The notes beneath the pieces are model-generated. The model was not told the origin of the DNA, searched no databases, and worked only from the letters and a program-made list of their open reading frames with translations. Positions 43,623 to 52,948 of a stretch of DNA of 64,000 bases are shown here, piece after piece. Position numbers and translations under genes: made by a program. Source of the stretch: Brevundimonas sp. UBA7534 (GTDB lineage: Bacteria; Pseudomonadota; Alphaproteobacteria; Caulobacterales; Caulobacteraceae); contig NZ_DLMO01000101.1 of NCBI RefSeq assembly GCF_002479325.1, forward strand, positions 2,414 through 66,413. Reading direction: 5' to 3'. Every line of letters begins with the position of its first letter. The stretch's first letter is position 1.

Positions 43623-43652
43623 TTGGTCAGACCAATCTTGTCACCGGTGTCA
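43623..43652. promoter_or_regulatory. Adjacent GntR-type and LacI(HumR)-type operators in the divergent GH105/TBDR promoter
   Basis: TTGGTCAGACCAA (43623-43635) and TGTCACCGGTGTCA (43639-43652). Confidence 0.7.
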
Positions 43653-43727
43653 TTTTTGGTCTAGCCTCTGCGACGATACGACACCCGAGATACGGGTGCG
43701 ACGGGAAACGCTCAGAGGGGAAGATTC

Positions 43728-46556
43728 ATGACCATTCAATCGAAAGGGCTGCGTTCGGCGCTGCTGGCCTCGGCCGCCTTGGCGATCGCCGCGCCCGCGC
43801 TGGCGCAGGAAGCGCCGCCGTCGACCGAGGCCCAGCCTGCGGCGCAACCGTCCGAGGTCGGGGAGGTGGTCGTCACCGGCATCCGCGCCACCCAACGGAA
43901 TTCGACGGCGGTGAAGCGCAACGCCACCGTCATCGTCGACGCCATCGTCAACGAGGAGATCGGGGCCCTGCCCGACAACTCGGTGGCCGAAACCCTGGAA
44001 CGCATCGTCGGCGTGACCGCCGACCGCTTCAAGGGGTCCGCGTCCGAAATCTCGATCCGGGGTCTTGGCCCCTATCTCGGCTTCTCCACGCTGAACGGAC
44101 GCGAAGTGTCCAGCGGCAGCGGCGACCGCGCGGTCTCGTTTCAGCAGTTCCCGTCGGAACTGACCAACGGGGTGCTGGTGTACAAGTCCCAGCAGGCGGA
44201 TTTCGTCGAAGGCGGGGTCTCCGGCGTCATCGAGCTTCGCACCCTGAGACCGCTGGAATACGGCCGCCGCCGCTTCCAGGCGGAGGGGCGCCTGAACTAC
44301 CTGCCCTACGCCGACAAGGCCGACGCCGACATCGGCTCGCGCTTCTCGGCCTCCTATGTCGACCAGTTCGACACCGCCATAGGCGAGGTGGGGATCGCCC
44401 TCGGACTGGCGACCACCGATTCCACGGCGCCGGAGGATTTCTACACCGCGTCGTCCAGCTTCCGGCCCTGCAACAGCATCAATCCCAGCCCGACCGCCGT
44501 GTCGGGGACCGGCACGGGCAACTGCACCTTCACCGTCGGCTCGGCCGATCCGACCTACTTCGTCGCCAACCAGTACAACTTCCGCCAGTTGAACACCGAG
44601 GATACGCGTCGTGCGGTGTCGGGCAATTTGCAGTGGCGACCGAACGACCGGTGGGACTTCAACCTGGACCTGCAGCTGTCCAGCCGCACCTCGTTCGAGG
44701 ACCGGCATGACCTGTCGATCGCCGAAGGTCGACGCGGCATCTCCCCGATCGACCTGGCGGACAACGGCGCCCTGCTGAGCTGGGCCGGCAACAGCTATCT
44801 GGAGACGGTGGCGACCGAGCGCACCCGCGACGAGGACTACGCCGGAGGCGGCCTGAACATCAAATATCAGGTCACGGACAATCTGGCCGTGATCGGCGAC
44901 ATGTCCTATTCGCGCACGCATCGCAACCAGGTGGACTTCGCCTCGCGCCTGCGCAGCAACACCCTGTTCGGGCCCAGCGGACGGGTGGCCTACACCTTCG
45001 ACCAGTCGTCCAGCGACATCCCGGTGGTTCAATTCCTGAATCCCATCGACCTGAACGATCATGACGCCTTCACGGGCAACGCCTACGCCCGTCGAGCGCT
45101 GGAGGACCGGGTCGACGAGATCGCCGCCGCTCGGTTGGACCTCGTCTATGACCGGACCGGCTTCTGGGAGCAGTTGAAGGTCGGCGCCCGCTACTCGGAG
45201 CACAACCGCGTCACGGATCTGGACAACGACAACAACCTGGAAAGCATCCCCGCCGCCAACACCCTGGCGGGCAACCAGAACTGCCGCATCGACAATGTCG
45301 TCAACGACTGGGGCGAGGACAGCGGCACCAATATTTCCAGCTGGGCCCAGTTCGACACCCGGTGCCTCTACGCCGCCTTCGCGGGAACCGAGGATCTGGG
45401 GCCGCTGCCGGACGCCCGCAGCGCCAGCGATCTGGACATCCAGGAGAACATCTCGGCCGCCTACGTGATGGGCAGCTTCCGCACCGAGCTTGGCGGGATC
45501 CCGATCACCGGGAACCTGGGCGTTCGTTACGTGAAGACAGACGTGACATCGCAGGGGTGGCGCGGCGCCTACACCCTAATCACCACGGTCGATCCGCTGA
45601 CCCAGGTCCCGTCCTACAGGCTGGATCCCATCGCCGGCAGCTTCGATCCGCTGACCATCGAGCATTCCTACGAGAATGTCCTGCCCAGCCTGAACTTCAA
45701 CGCCGAACTGCGCGACAACCTGTTCCTGCGCGGCGCGGTCTACAAGGCGATCTCGCGCACCAACATCGAGGATCTGGGCGCCGGGCGCACCCTGATCACG
45801 GACGGCGACGCGGCGACGCCGGAGGAGGCGCTGGCGGGCGCCTCGGGCGGCAATCCGCGGCTGGAGCCGCTGGAATCCACCAACTTCGACCTGTCGCTGG
45901 AATACTATCCGGACCCCGACACCAGCTTCTCGTTCGCGGTCTACGACAAGACCATCAAGACCGCGGTGGTCCCGGCCGAGCTCAGCAGCCTGACCGAGAC
46001 CTTCGTCATCGACGGGATCAGCTACACAGTGCCGGTCGCCCAAGAGACCAACAGCGACGAGGAGGCCTATCTGCGCGGCTTCGAGGTGGCGGCCAACAAG
46101 TCCTTCACCAATCTGCCTGCGCCGTTCGACGGCTTGGGCGTCCAGGCCAGCTACACCTACGCCGACAGCGACTTCGAATATGACGATCCGTCGGCGGTCG
46201 ATCCGGCCAATCCGCTGGCGCAGTTCACCGATCCGGTCAGCATCCCCGGCCTGTCCAAGCACGTGGCGACCTTCACCGGCTATTATGAGAGGGGGCCGCT
46301 GTCGCTGCGGGCGGTGTACAAGTTCCGGTCGGGATACTTCAAGCCTTCGGGCCTGACGGCCATCCGGACGGTGGAAGACGCCGGCTACCTGGACTTCTCG
46401 GCCTACTACAACGTCACCGACAACGTGCAGCTGAAGTTCCAGGCCATCAACATCGGCGACGAACACCAGGTGATGTACCGGCCTGTCGCCGGAAGCCTGG
46501 CGGAATCCAGCTATTTCGGGCCGAGCTACTTCGTCGGCGTGCGGCTGCGCTACTGA
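43728..46556 (+). CDS. TonB-dependent receptor (carbohydrate-type)
   Basis: Signal peptide, EVVVTGIR TonB-box region, LPDNSVAETLERIVGV, ISIRGLG, GNPRLEP, C-terminal VGVRLRY. Confidence 0.93.
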   Translation: MTIQSKGLRSALLASAALAIAAPALAQEAPPSTEAQPAAQPSEVGEVVVTGIRATQRNSTAVKRNATVIVDAIVNEEIGALPDNSVAETLERIVGVTADRFKGSASEISIRGLGPYLGFSTLNGREVSSGSGDRAVSFQQFPSELTNGVLVYKSQQADFVEGGVSGVIELRTLRPLEYGRRRFQAEGRLNYLPYADKADADIGSRFSASYVDQFDTAIGEVGIALGLATTDSTAPEDFYTASSSFRPCNSINPSPTAVSGTGTGNCTFTVGSADPTYFVANQYNFRQLNTEDTRRAVSGNLQWRPNDRWDFNLDLQLSSRTSFEDRHDLSIAEGRRGISPIDLADNGALLSWAGNSYLETVATERTRDEDYAGGGLNIKYQVTDNLAVIGDMSYSRTHRNQVDFASRLRSNTLFGPSGRVAYTFDQSSSDIPVVQFLNPIDLNDHDAFTGNAYARRALEDRVDEIAAARLDLVYDRTGFWEQLKVGARYSEHNRVTDLDNDNNLESIPAANTLAGNQNCRIDNVVNDWGEDSGTNISSWAQFDTRCLYAAFAGTEDLGPLPDARSASDLDIQENISAAYVMGSFRTELGGIPITGNLGVRYVKTDVTSQGWRGAYTLITTVDPLTQVPSYRLDPIAGSFDPLTIEHSYENVLPSLNFNAELRDNLFLRGAVYKAISRTNIEDLGAGRTLITDGDAATPEEALAGASGGNPRLEPLESTNFDLSLEYYPDPDTSFSFAVYDKTIKTAVVPAELSSLTETFVIDGISYTVPVAQETNSDEEAYLRGFEVAANKSFTNLPAPFDGLGVQASYTYADSDFEYDDPSAVDPANPLAQFTDPVSIPGLSKHVATFTGYYERGPLSLRAVYKFRSGYFKPSGLTAIRTVEDAGYLDFSAYYNVTDNVQLKFQAINIGDEHQVMYRPVAGSLAESSYFGPSYFVGVRLRY

Positions 46557-47824
46557 TGGGCGGGCGTCGGTTCCTGGCGGTCCTGGCGGCGAGCGGCGTC
46601 GCCGCGACCGCCATGACGGCCCAGGCCGCGGCTCCGACCTGTCGGGGCTCTGACGGCTACGCCGCCGCTTTCGAGGGGCGTCGGACCTTTCTGTGGCGGC
46701 CCGACGGGCTGGAAGCCGCCCGTCAGCGCCTCGCCGCCGGCGACGCCGCGCTGCAGCCGGCCTGGGCGCGACTGAAGGCGCGCGCCGATGAGGCGCTGGA
46801 GCGCGCGCCATACACGGTGGTCGACAAGACCATGACGCCGGCCAGCGGCGACAAGCGCGACTATATGAGCATGGGCCCCTACTGGTGGCCCGATCCGTCC
46901 AAGCCCGACGGCCTGCCCTATATCCGCCGCGACGGCCGCTTCAATCCCGAGCGGGACGGCGACGGCTTCGACGTGACGGACCTGGAGAACCTGAGCCAGG
47001 ACGTCCAGGCCCTGGCCCTGGCGCATTACTTCACCGGCGACCGGCGCTACGCCGACAAGGCCGCGCAGATGATCCGGGTCTGGTTCCTGGATCCCGCGAC
47101 GAGGATGAACCCGAACTTCAACCACGGCCAGGCGGTGCCGGGTCGGGTGTCGGGGCGCGCCGAGGGGGTGATCGACGCCCACCGCCTGGCGCGGGTGGTG
47201 GAGGCCGCCGGCCTGCTGGAGCCGACCGGCGCGCTGACGCCGGGCGACCAGTCGGAGCTGAAGACCTGGTTCGGCGACCTCGTCGAATGGATGGCGACCA
47301 GCCCGATCGGGCGCGAGGAGCGCGCGGCCCGCAACAACCACGGCCTCTACTATGACACCCTCATCACCCATTTCGCGCTGTTCGCCGGTCTGGACGAGGT
47401 GGCGCGGGTCGTCAGCGAACGCGCCGCCGGTGATCGCCTGGACGCCCAGATCGCGCCCGACGGGAGTTGGCCTCACGAACTGAGCCGCTCCCGCTCGTTG
47501 CACTATTCGACCTGGACCATGGCCGCCGCCTTCGATCTGGCCGACGAGGCGCGGTGTGTCGATGTCGACCTTTGGAACCATCGCGGCCCGGATGGGCGGT
47601 CGCTGCGCGCGGCGACGGACTTCCTGGCCGCCTGGGCCGGCCGAGAGCAGGATTGGCCTTGGCCCGAACTGGACAAGACCGAGACCCAAAGCCTCTATGA
47701 GGTGCTGTTGCGCGCGGCCCGCGAATGGAACGAGCCGGCCTATGCGGCCAAGGCCCAGCTCTATGCGCAACGCCACGCCGACCTGGACCTGAACCTGCGC
47801 GTGCCGCCGCATGCGGAGGACTGA
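46556..47824 (+). CDS. Polysaccharide lyase, Alginate_lyase Pfam fold, PL38-like (glucuronan lyase candidate)
   Basis: SGDKRDYMSMGPYWWPDP, PYIRRDG.FNPE, WFLDPATRMNP, NNHG, RSRSLHYS. Signal peptide present; TGATG coupling to the TBDR. Confidence 0.82.
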   Translation: MGGRRFLAVLAASGVAATAMTAQAAAPTCRGSDGYAAAFEGRRTFLWRPDGLEAARQRLAAGDAALQPAWARLKARADEALERAPYTVVDKTMTPASGDKRDYMSMGPYWWPDPSKPDGLPYIRRDGRFNPERDGDGFDVTDLENLSQDVQALALAHYFTGDRRYADKAAQMIRVWFLDPATRMNPNFNHGQAVPGRVSGRAEGVIDAHRLARVVEAAGLLEPTGALTPGDQSELKTWFGDLVEWMATSPIGREERAARNNHGLYYDTLITHFALFAGLDEVARVVSERAAGDRLDAQIAPDGSWPHELSRSRSLHYSTWTMAAAFDLADEARCVDVDLWNHRGPDGRSLRAATDFLAAWAGREQDWPWPELDKTETQSLYEVLLRAAREWNEPAYAAKAQLYAQRHADLDLNLRVPPHAED

Positions 47825-47828
47825 AGCG

Positions 47829-48590
47829 TCAGATCGCCGTGCGTCGCGCCAGCTCCTGACGACGGGCGGCGACGTCGTTGCGGGCCCGCTCCAAGGCGTC
47901 GACCTCGGTCGCGGTCAGCAGGTCGTCGATGACATGACCCAGATGCCTGCGCATGGCGTCCCGGGCGCGAGCAGCGTCACGGGCCTTGAGGGCGTCCAGG
48001 ATCGCTCGATGATCCTCGATAAGAGGCCTGACCCCGACCGCTCGGCCGCGCTCCAGCATGGCGGCGCAGAGGGGCGAGCGGTAGCGCAGGTCCCACAGGT
48101 TCTCCACCACCATGACCATGGCCGCGTTGCGCGTCGACTGGGCGATGGCGACGTGAAAACGCCGGTCCGCGGCCTCTCCGGTGAACCCGCCGAAGGCGTT
48201 CTCGTCGATCATCTGCAGCAGGATCGATTCCATCTCGACCAGTTCGGCGTCGGTGATGGTGGTGGCCGCCAGGGCGCAGACTTCCCCTTCGAACAGTCGA
48301 CGGGATTCCGTCAGCTCGAAGGCGCCGATATCCAGTTCGGGCGCCGGGGCGTCGGGCCGCGCATCGGTCACATAGACGCCCGACCCCTGGCGCGTCTCGA
48401 CCAGCCCGCGAATCTCCAGGGCGATCATGGCTTCGCGCACGGTCGGCCGACTGACGCCGAACTCTTCGGCCAGGTCGCGCTCCGAAGGCAGGCGGCCGCC
48501 CGCCCGATAGCGGCCCTGCTCGATGGCGTTCGCGATCGCGCCGGCGACCTGCTGATAGAGTTTTCGAGTGTCCGCCGTCGAAGTGGTCAT
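47829..48590 (-). CDS. GntR/FadR-family transcriptional regulator (FCD domain)
   Basis: RLPSERDLAEEFGVSRPTVREA, DRRFHVAIA, DH..ILDAL, MRRHL. Confidence 0.93.
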   Translation of the reverse strand: MTTSTADTRKLYQQVAGAIANAIEQGRYRAGGRLPSERDLAEEFGVSRPTVREAMIALEIRGLVETRQGSGVYVTDARPDAPAPELDIGAFELTESRRLFEGEVCALAATTITDAELVEMESILLQMIDENAFGGFTGEAADRRFHVAIAQSTRNAAMVMVVENLWDLRYRSPLCAAMLERGRAVGVRPLIEDHRAILDALKARDAARARDAMRRHLGHVIDDLLTATEVDALERARNDVAARRQELARRTAI

Positions 48591-48658
48591 GCCGATAACA
48601 GAGTAGCTTGCCACCAGCGGTCAGGCCAGCGCCGGCCGCGACGAGAAGTGTGTTTTCG

Positions 48659-49900
48659 ATGACGACCTTGCCTTCCACCGCCATCAGCGACCTGTCGATC
48701 GTCGACGCCCGCGTTATCGTGACCTGTCCGGGCCGCAACTTCGCGACGCTGAAGATCGAGACCGGGGGCGGTCTGACGGGGGTCGGCGACGCGACGCTGA
48801 ACGGCCGCGAGCTGGCGGTGGCCAGCTATCTGAACGATCATGTCATTCCGTGCCTGATCGGCCGCGACGCGCACCGCATCGAGGATACGTGGCAGTATCT
48901 GTACAAGGGCGGATACTGGCGGCGCGGCCCGGTGACCATGTCGGCCATCGCCGCCGTCGACATGGCGCTGTGGGACATCAAGGCCAAGGCCGCGGGCCTG
49001 CCCCTGTACCAGCTGCTCGGCGGGGCGTGCCGCGACGGCGTGACGGTCTATGGCCACGCCAATGGCGAGACGGTCGAACAGACCGTCGCCGAGGCGAAGA
49101 GGTACGCCGAGATGGGCTATAAGGCGATCCGCCTGCAGTCCGGCGTGCCGGGGTTGAAGTCCACCTACGGCGTGTCCGGGACCTTCGGCTACTACGAGCC
49201 GGCCGACGCCGATCTGCCGACGGAGAACATGTGGTCCAGCGAGAAATATCTTCGCTCGGTCCCGGCCTTGTTCCAGGCCGCGCGCGAAGCGCTGGGATGG
49301 GATGTTCACCTGCTGCACGACATCCACCACCGCCTGACGCCGATCGAGGCGGGGCGGCTGGGCAGGGATCTGGAGCCGTATCGACCCTTCTGGCTGGAAG
49401 ATCCGACCCCCGCCGAGGACCAGGCCGCTTTCCGGCTGATCCGGCAGCACACCACCACGCCGCTGGCCACCGGCGAAATCTTCAACACCATCTGGGACTG
49501 CAAGCAGCTGATCGAAGAGCGGTTGATCGACTATATCCGCGCCACGGTGGTCCATGCGGGCGGTATCACCCACCTGCGGCGGATCGCGGCGCTGGCCGAT
49601 CTCTACGGCGTTCGCACGGGGTGTCACGGGGCCACCGACCTGTCGCCGATCTCGATGGCGGCGGCGCTGCATTTCGGCCTGTCCATTCCGAACTTCGGCA
49701 TCCAGGAGTATATGCGCCATACGGCCGAGACCGACGCGGTCTTCCCTCACGGCTACAGCTTCTCGGAAGGCGTGCTGCATCCCGGCGACCAGCCTGGACT
49801 GGGTGTCGACATCGACGAAACCCTGGCGGGTCAGCATCCCTACAGCCGCGCCTATCTGCCCGTGAATCGTCTCGAGGACGGGACGCTGCACAGCTGGTGA
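48659..49900 (+). CDS. manD: D-mannonate dehydratase (enolase superfamily, RspA/ManD)
   Basis: [53 protein letters not shown]. Confidence 0.92.
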   Translation: MTTLPSTAISDLSIVDARVIVTCPGRNFATLKIETGGGLTGVGDATLNGRELAVASYLNDHVIPCLIGRDAHRIEDTWQYLYKGGYWRRGPVTMSAIAAVDMALWDIKAKAAGLPLYQLLGGACRDGVTVYGHANGETVEQTVAEAKRYAEMGYKAIRLQSGVPGLKSTYGVSGTFGYYEPADADLPTENMWSSEKYLRSVPALFQAAREALGWDVHLLHDIHHRLTPIEAGRLGRDLEPYRPFWLEDPTPAEDQAAFRLIRQHTTTPLATGEIFNTIWDCKQLIEERLIDYIRATVVHAGGITHLRRIAALADLYGVRTGCHGATDLSPISMAAALHFGLSIPNFGIQEYMRHTAETDAVFPHGYSFSEGVLHPGDQPGLGVDIDETLAGQHPYSRAYLPVNRLEDGTLHSW

Positions 49901-49976
49901 GGGCCTCGAACTCGCCCCTCCCTGCGACGGCGCGGTTACCCTGAACGGCGGCGGCGCGTCGCCGTCTCGTTGTCAC

Positions 49977-49990
49977 GGTAACCGGTGTCT
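49977..49990. promoter_or_regulatory. HumR-type LacI operator upstream of uxaC
   Basis: GGTAACCGGTGTCT. Confidence 0.75.
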
Positions 49991-50063
49991 TTTTGTCGCC
50001 GGTCGGTTTATCTGTCTGGCGCGCGCTGTCGAACGCGGCGCCGCCGAGAGCCGAAGGACGATC

Positions 50064-51479
50064 ATGCCCAAGCCCCTGAGACTTCATCCGGACCGCCTGT
50101 TTTCGTCGGATCCGCAGACGCGCGACGTCGCGCGCCGGCTTTACGCCGAGGTCAAGGACCTGCCGATCGTCAGCCCGCACGGCCATACCGATCCGTCCTG
50201 GTTCGCGCTCAACGAACCCTTCGCCAATCCGGCTGAACTGCTGATCACGCCCGACCACTATGTCTTTCGCATGCTCTACAGCCAGGGCGTGGCGATGGAG
50301 GACCTGGGGGTGCCGCGCGCCGACGGCGGGGCGGTGGAGACCGATCCGCGCAAGATCTGGCGCCGCTTCGCCGAGAACTATCACCTGTTCCGGGGCACGC
50401 CGTCGCGCATCTGGCACGACTGGGTCTATTCGGAGATCTTCGGCATCGACGTGCAGCTCTCGGCCGAGACGGCGGACCACTATTACGACGTGATGGAAGC
50501 GGCGCTGAAGACCGACGCCTTTCGCCCGCGCGCCCTGTTCGACCGCTACAACATCGAGGTTCTGACCACGACGGAGTCGCCGCTCGATGAGCTGAAGCAC
50601 CACAAGACGATCCGCGAGTCGGGCTGGAAGGGCCGGGTGCTGACCGCCTATCGCCCCGACCCCGTGCTGGACCCGGACTACGAGGGCTTCCGCGACAATC
50701 TGAAGGTGCTGGCCGACCAGACGGGCCAAGATACGACGACCTGGGCCGGATACCTTGAGGCGCTGCGGGTCCGCCGCGTCTTCTTCGCCTCGATGGGCGC
50801 GACCTCGACCGATCACGGTCATCCGACCGCCTTCACCGCCGATCTGCCGAAGGCGGAGGCCGAGGCGCTATTCGCCCGCGTCTCGACCGGGTCGGCGACG
50901 GCCGAGGACGCCGAGCTGTTCCGCGGCCAGATGCTGACCGAGATGGCCGCCATGTCGGTGGAGGACGGGCTGGTCATGCAGCTGCACCCCGGCTCGTTCC
51001 GCAATCACAACGGCTTCGTCTTCGGCCGCTTCGGCCGCGACAAGGGCGCCGACATCCCGACCCAGACCGACTATGTCCACGCGCTGAAGCCGCTCTTGGA
51101 CCGGTTCGGGTCCGACCGGCGCCTGACCCTGATCCTCTTTACTCTCGACGAGACCAGCTACAGCCGTGAGCTGGCCACGCTGGTGGGACACTACCCGGCC
51201 CTGCGCGCCGGGCCGCCGTGGTGGTTCCACGACGCGCCGGAAGGCATGCGCCGGTTCCGCGAGCAGATGACCGAGACGGCCGGCTTCTACAACACCGTCG
51301 GCTTCAACGACGACACCCGCGCCTTCCTGTCGATCCCGGCGCGGCACGACGTGGCGCGGCGAATGGATTGCGGCTGGCTGGCCCAGCTGGTCGTCGAACA
51401 TCGGCTGGACGAGGACGAGGCGCACGAGGTGGCCCGCGCCCTGACCTATGACCTGGTGAAGGCGGCCTACAAGCTGTGA
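50064..51479 (+). CDS. uxaC: Uronate isomerase
   Basis: SPHGHTDP, PDHYVFRML, DHGH, WWFHD, GFNDDTRAF..IPARHDVARR. Confidence 0.95.
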   Translation: MPKPLRLHPDRLFSSDPQTRDVARRLYAEVKDLPIVSPHGHTDPSWFALNEPFANPAELLITPDHYVFRMLYSQGVAMEDLGVPRADGGAVETDPRKIWRRFAENYHLFRGTPSRIWHDWVYSEIFGIDVQLSAETADHYYDVMEAALKTDAFRPRALFDRYNIEVLTTTESPLDELKHHKTIRESGWKGRVLTAYRPDPVLDPDYEGFRDNLKVLADQTGQDTTTWAGYLEALRVRRVFFASMGATSTDHGHPTAFTADLPKAEAEALFARVSTGSATAEDAELFRGQMLTEMAAMSVEDGLVMQLHPGSFRNHNGFVFGRFGRDKGADIPTQTDYVHALKPLLDRFGSDRRLTLILFTLDETSYSRELATLVGHYPALRAGPPWWFHDAPEGMRRFREQMTETAGFYNTVGFNDDTRAFLSIPARHDVARRMDCGWLAQLVVEHRLDEDEAHEVARALTYDLVKAAYKL

Positions 51480-52945
51480 CGCGCCTGAACGAAGCGGCGC
51501 TGGAGCGCCTCCCTGTCGAGGTCGAACGCCCTGGCTACGACCGCGCGGCCGTGAAGATCGGCGTGGTCCACCTGGGCCTCGGCGCCTTTCACCGCGCGCA
51601 CCAGGCGGCGGTGTTCGACGATGCGCTGAAGTCCGGCGATCTGCGCTGGGGCGTGCTGGGCGCCTCGCTGCGCTCGCCCGGCGTGCGCGACCAGCTGAAC
51701 CCGCAGGACGGCCTCTACACCCTGGTCGTGCGCGACGGAGCCGAGGAGCATCTGCGCGTCATCGGCGCCTGCACGGGTGTGCTGGTGGGACCGGAGAATC
51801 CCGCCGCCCTGGTCGCCGCCATGGCCGACCCGGACGTCCACATCGTCACCCTGACGGTGACGGAGAAGGGCTATCGCCTGGACCCGGCGACCGGCGAACT
51901 GCTGCTGGACGACCCGCACGTGGCCGCCGACATCGCCGACCTGTCGGCGCCCCGCACCGCGCCGGGCTTCATCGTCGCGGCCCTGCGCGAGCGGAAGGCC
52001 AGGGGGCTGAAGCCTTTCACCGTCATCAGCTGCGACAACCTTCCGCACAACGGCCGGCGCATCCGCGCGGGCGTTATGGCGCTCGCCAGCCGCATCCAGC
52101 CCGGGTTGTCCGAATGGATCGAGGCGGAAGGCGCCTTTCCCCAGACCATGATCGACCGCATCGTGCCGGCGACGATCCCCGACGACATCACGCGGCTGGA
52201 GGCCCGGCTGGGCGTGCGCGACGAGGGCATGGTCAAGGCCGAACCCTTCACCCAGTGGGTGATCGAGGACCGCTTCGCCGGCGAACGACCGAATTTCGCC
52301 GCCCTGGGCGTGCAGCTGACCGACGCGGTCGAACCGTGGGAGGACGCCAAGCTGCGTCTGCTGAACGGCGCCCATTCGGCCCTCGCCTACCTCGGCGCTC
52401 TGTCCGGTCATGAGCACGTGCACGAGGCCGTCGCCGTCCCCGCCTTGCGCGCCTATGTCGAGGCCCTGTGGGACGAGGCTGAGACCACCCTGAGCCCGCC
52501 GCCGGGCCTGGACCTGGCCGCCTATCGCCGGGAACTGATGGCGCGCTTCTCCAACTCGGCCCTGATGCATCGGACGCGCCAGATCGCCATGGACGGCTCG
52601 CAGAAGCTGCCGCAGCGCCTGCTGGCCGGGGTGGCCGAGCGGTTGAAGGCGGGGCAGGGGATCGACGCCCTGGCGCTCGGCGTCGCGGCCTGGATGCGCT
52701 GGCAGTCGGGGGTGACCGAGAGCGGGGAGACGGTGGTCGTGGACGATCCGCTGGCGCCCCGGACCGCCGAACTTATCGCCGGCGCCGACAACGATCAGTC
52801 GCGGGTCTCGGCCCTGTTGACCCTCTCGGCGGTCTTTCCGCCGGCGCTGGCCGCGGACGACCGGTTCGCCGTCGCGGTCATGGGCGCCTATCTGTCGCTG
52901 AGCCGGTACGGCGCGGTCGAGGCCGCGCGCCGGATCGTGGAGTAA
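51476..52945 (+). CDS. uxuB: Mannitol dehydrogenase family fructuronate/tagaturonate reductase
   Basis: HLGLGAFHRAHQA, TVTEKGY, SCDN, MIDRIVP, KLRLLNGAH, DGSQKLPQR. Confidence 0.88.
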   Translation: MTRLNEAALERLPVEVERPGYDRAAVKIGVVHLGLGAFHRAHQAAVFDDALKSGDLRWGVLGASLRSPGVRDQLNPQDGLYTLVVRDGAEEHLRVIGACTGVLVGPENPAALVAAMADPDVHIVTLTVTEKGYRLDPATGELLLDDPHVAADIADLSAPRTAPGFIVAALRERKARGLKPFTVISCDNLPHNGRRIRAGVMALASRIQPGLSEWIEAEGAFPQTMIDRIVPATIPDDITRLEARLGVRDEGMVKAEPFTQWVIEDRFAGERPNFAALGVQLTDAVEPWEDAKLRLLNGAHSALAYLGALSGHEHVHEAVAVPALRAYVEALWDEAETTLSPPPGLDLAAYRRELMARFSNSALMHRTRQIAMDGSQKLPQRLLAGVAERLKAGQGIDALALGVAAWMRWQSGVTESGETVVVDDPLAPRTAELIAGADNDQSRVSALLTLSAVFPPALAADDRFAVAVMGAYLSLSRYGAVEAARRIVE

Positions 52946-52948
52946 GCC

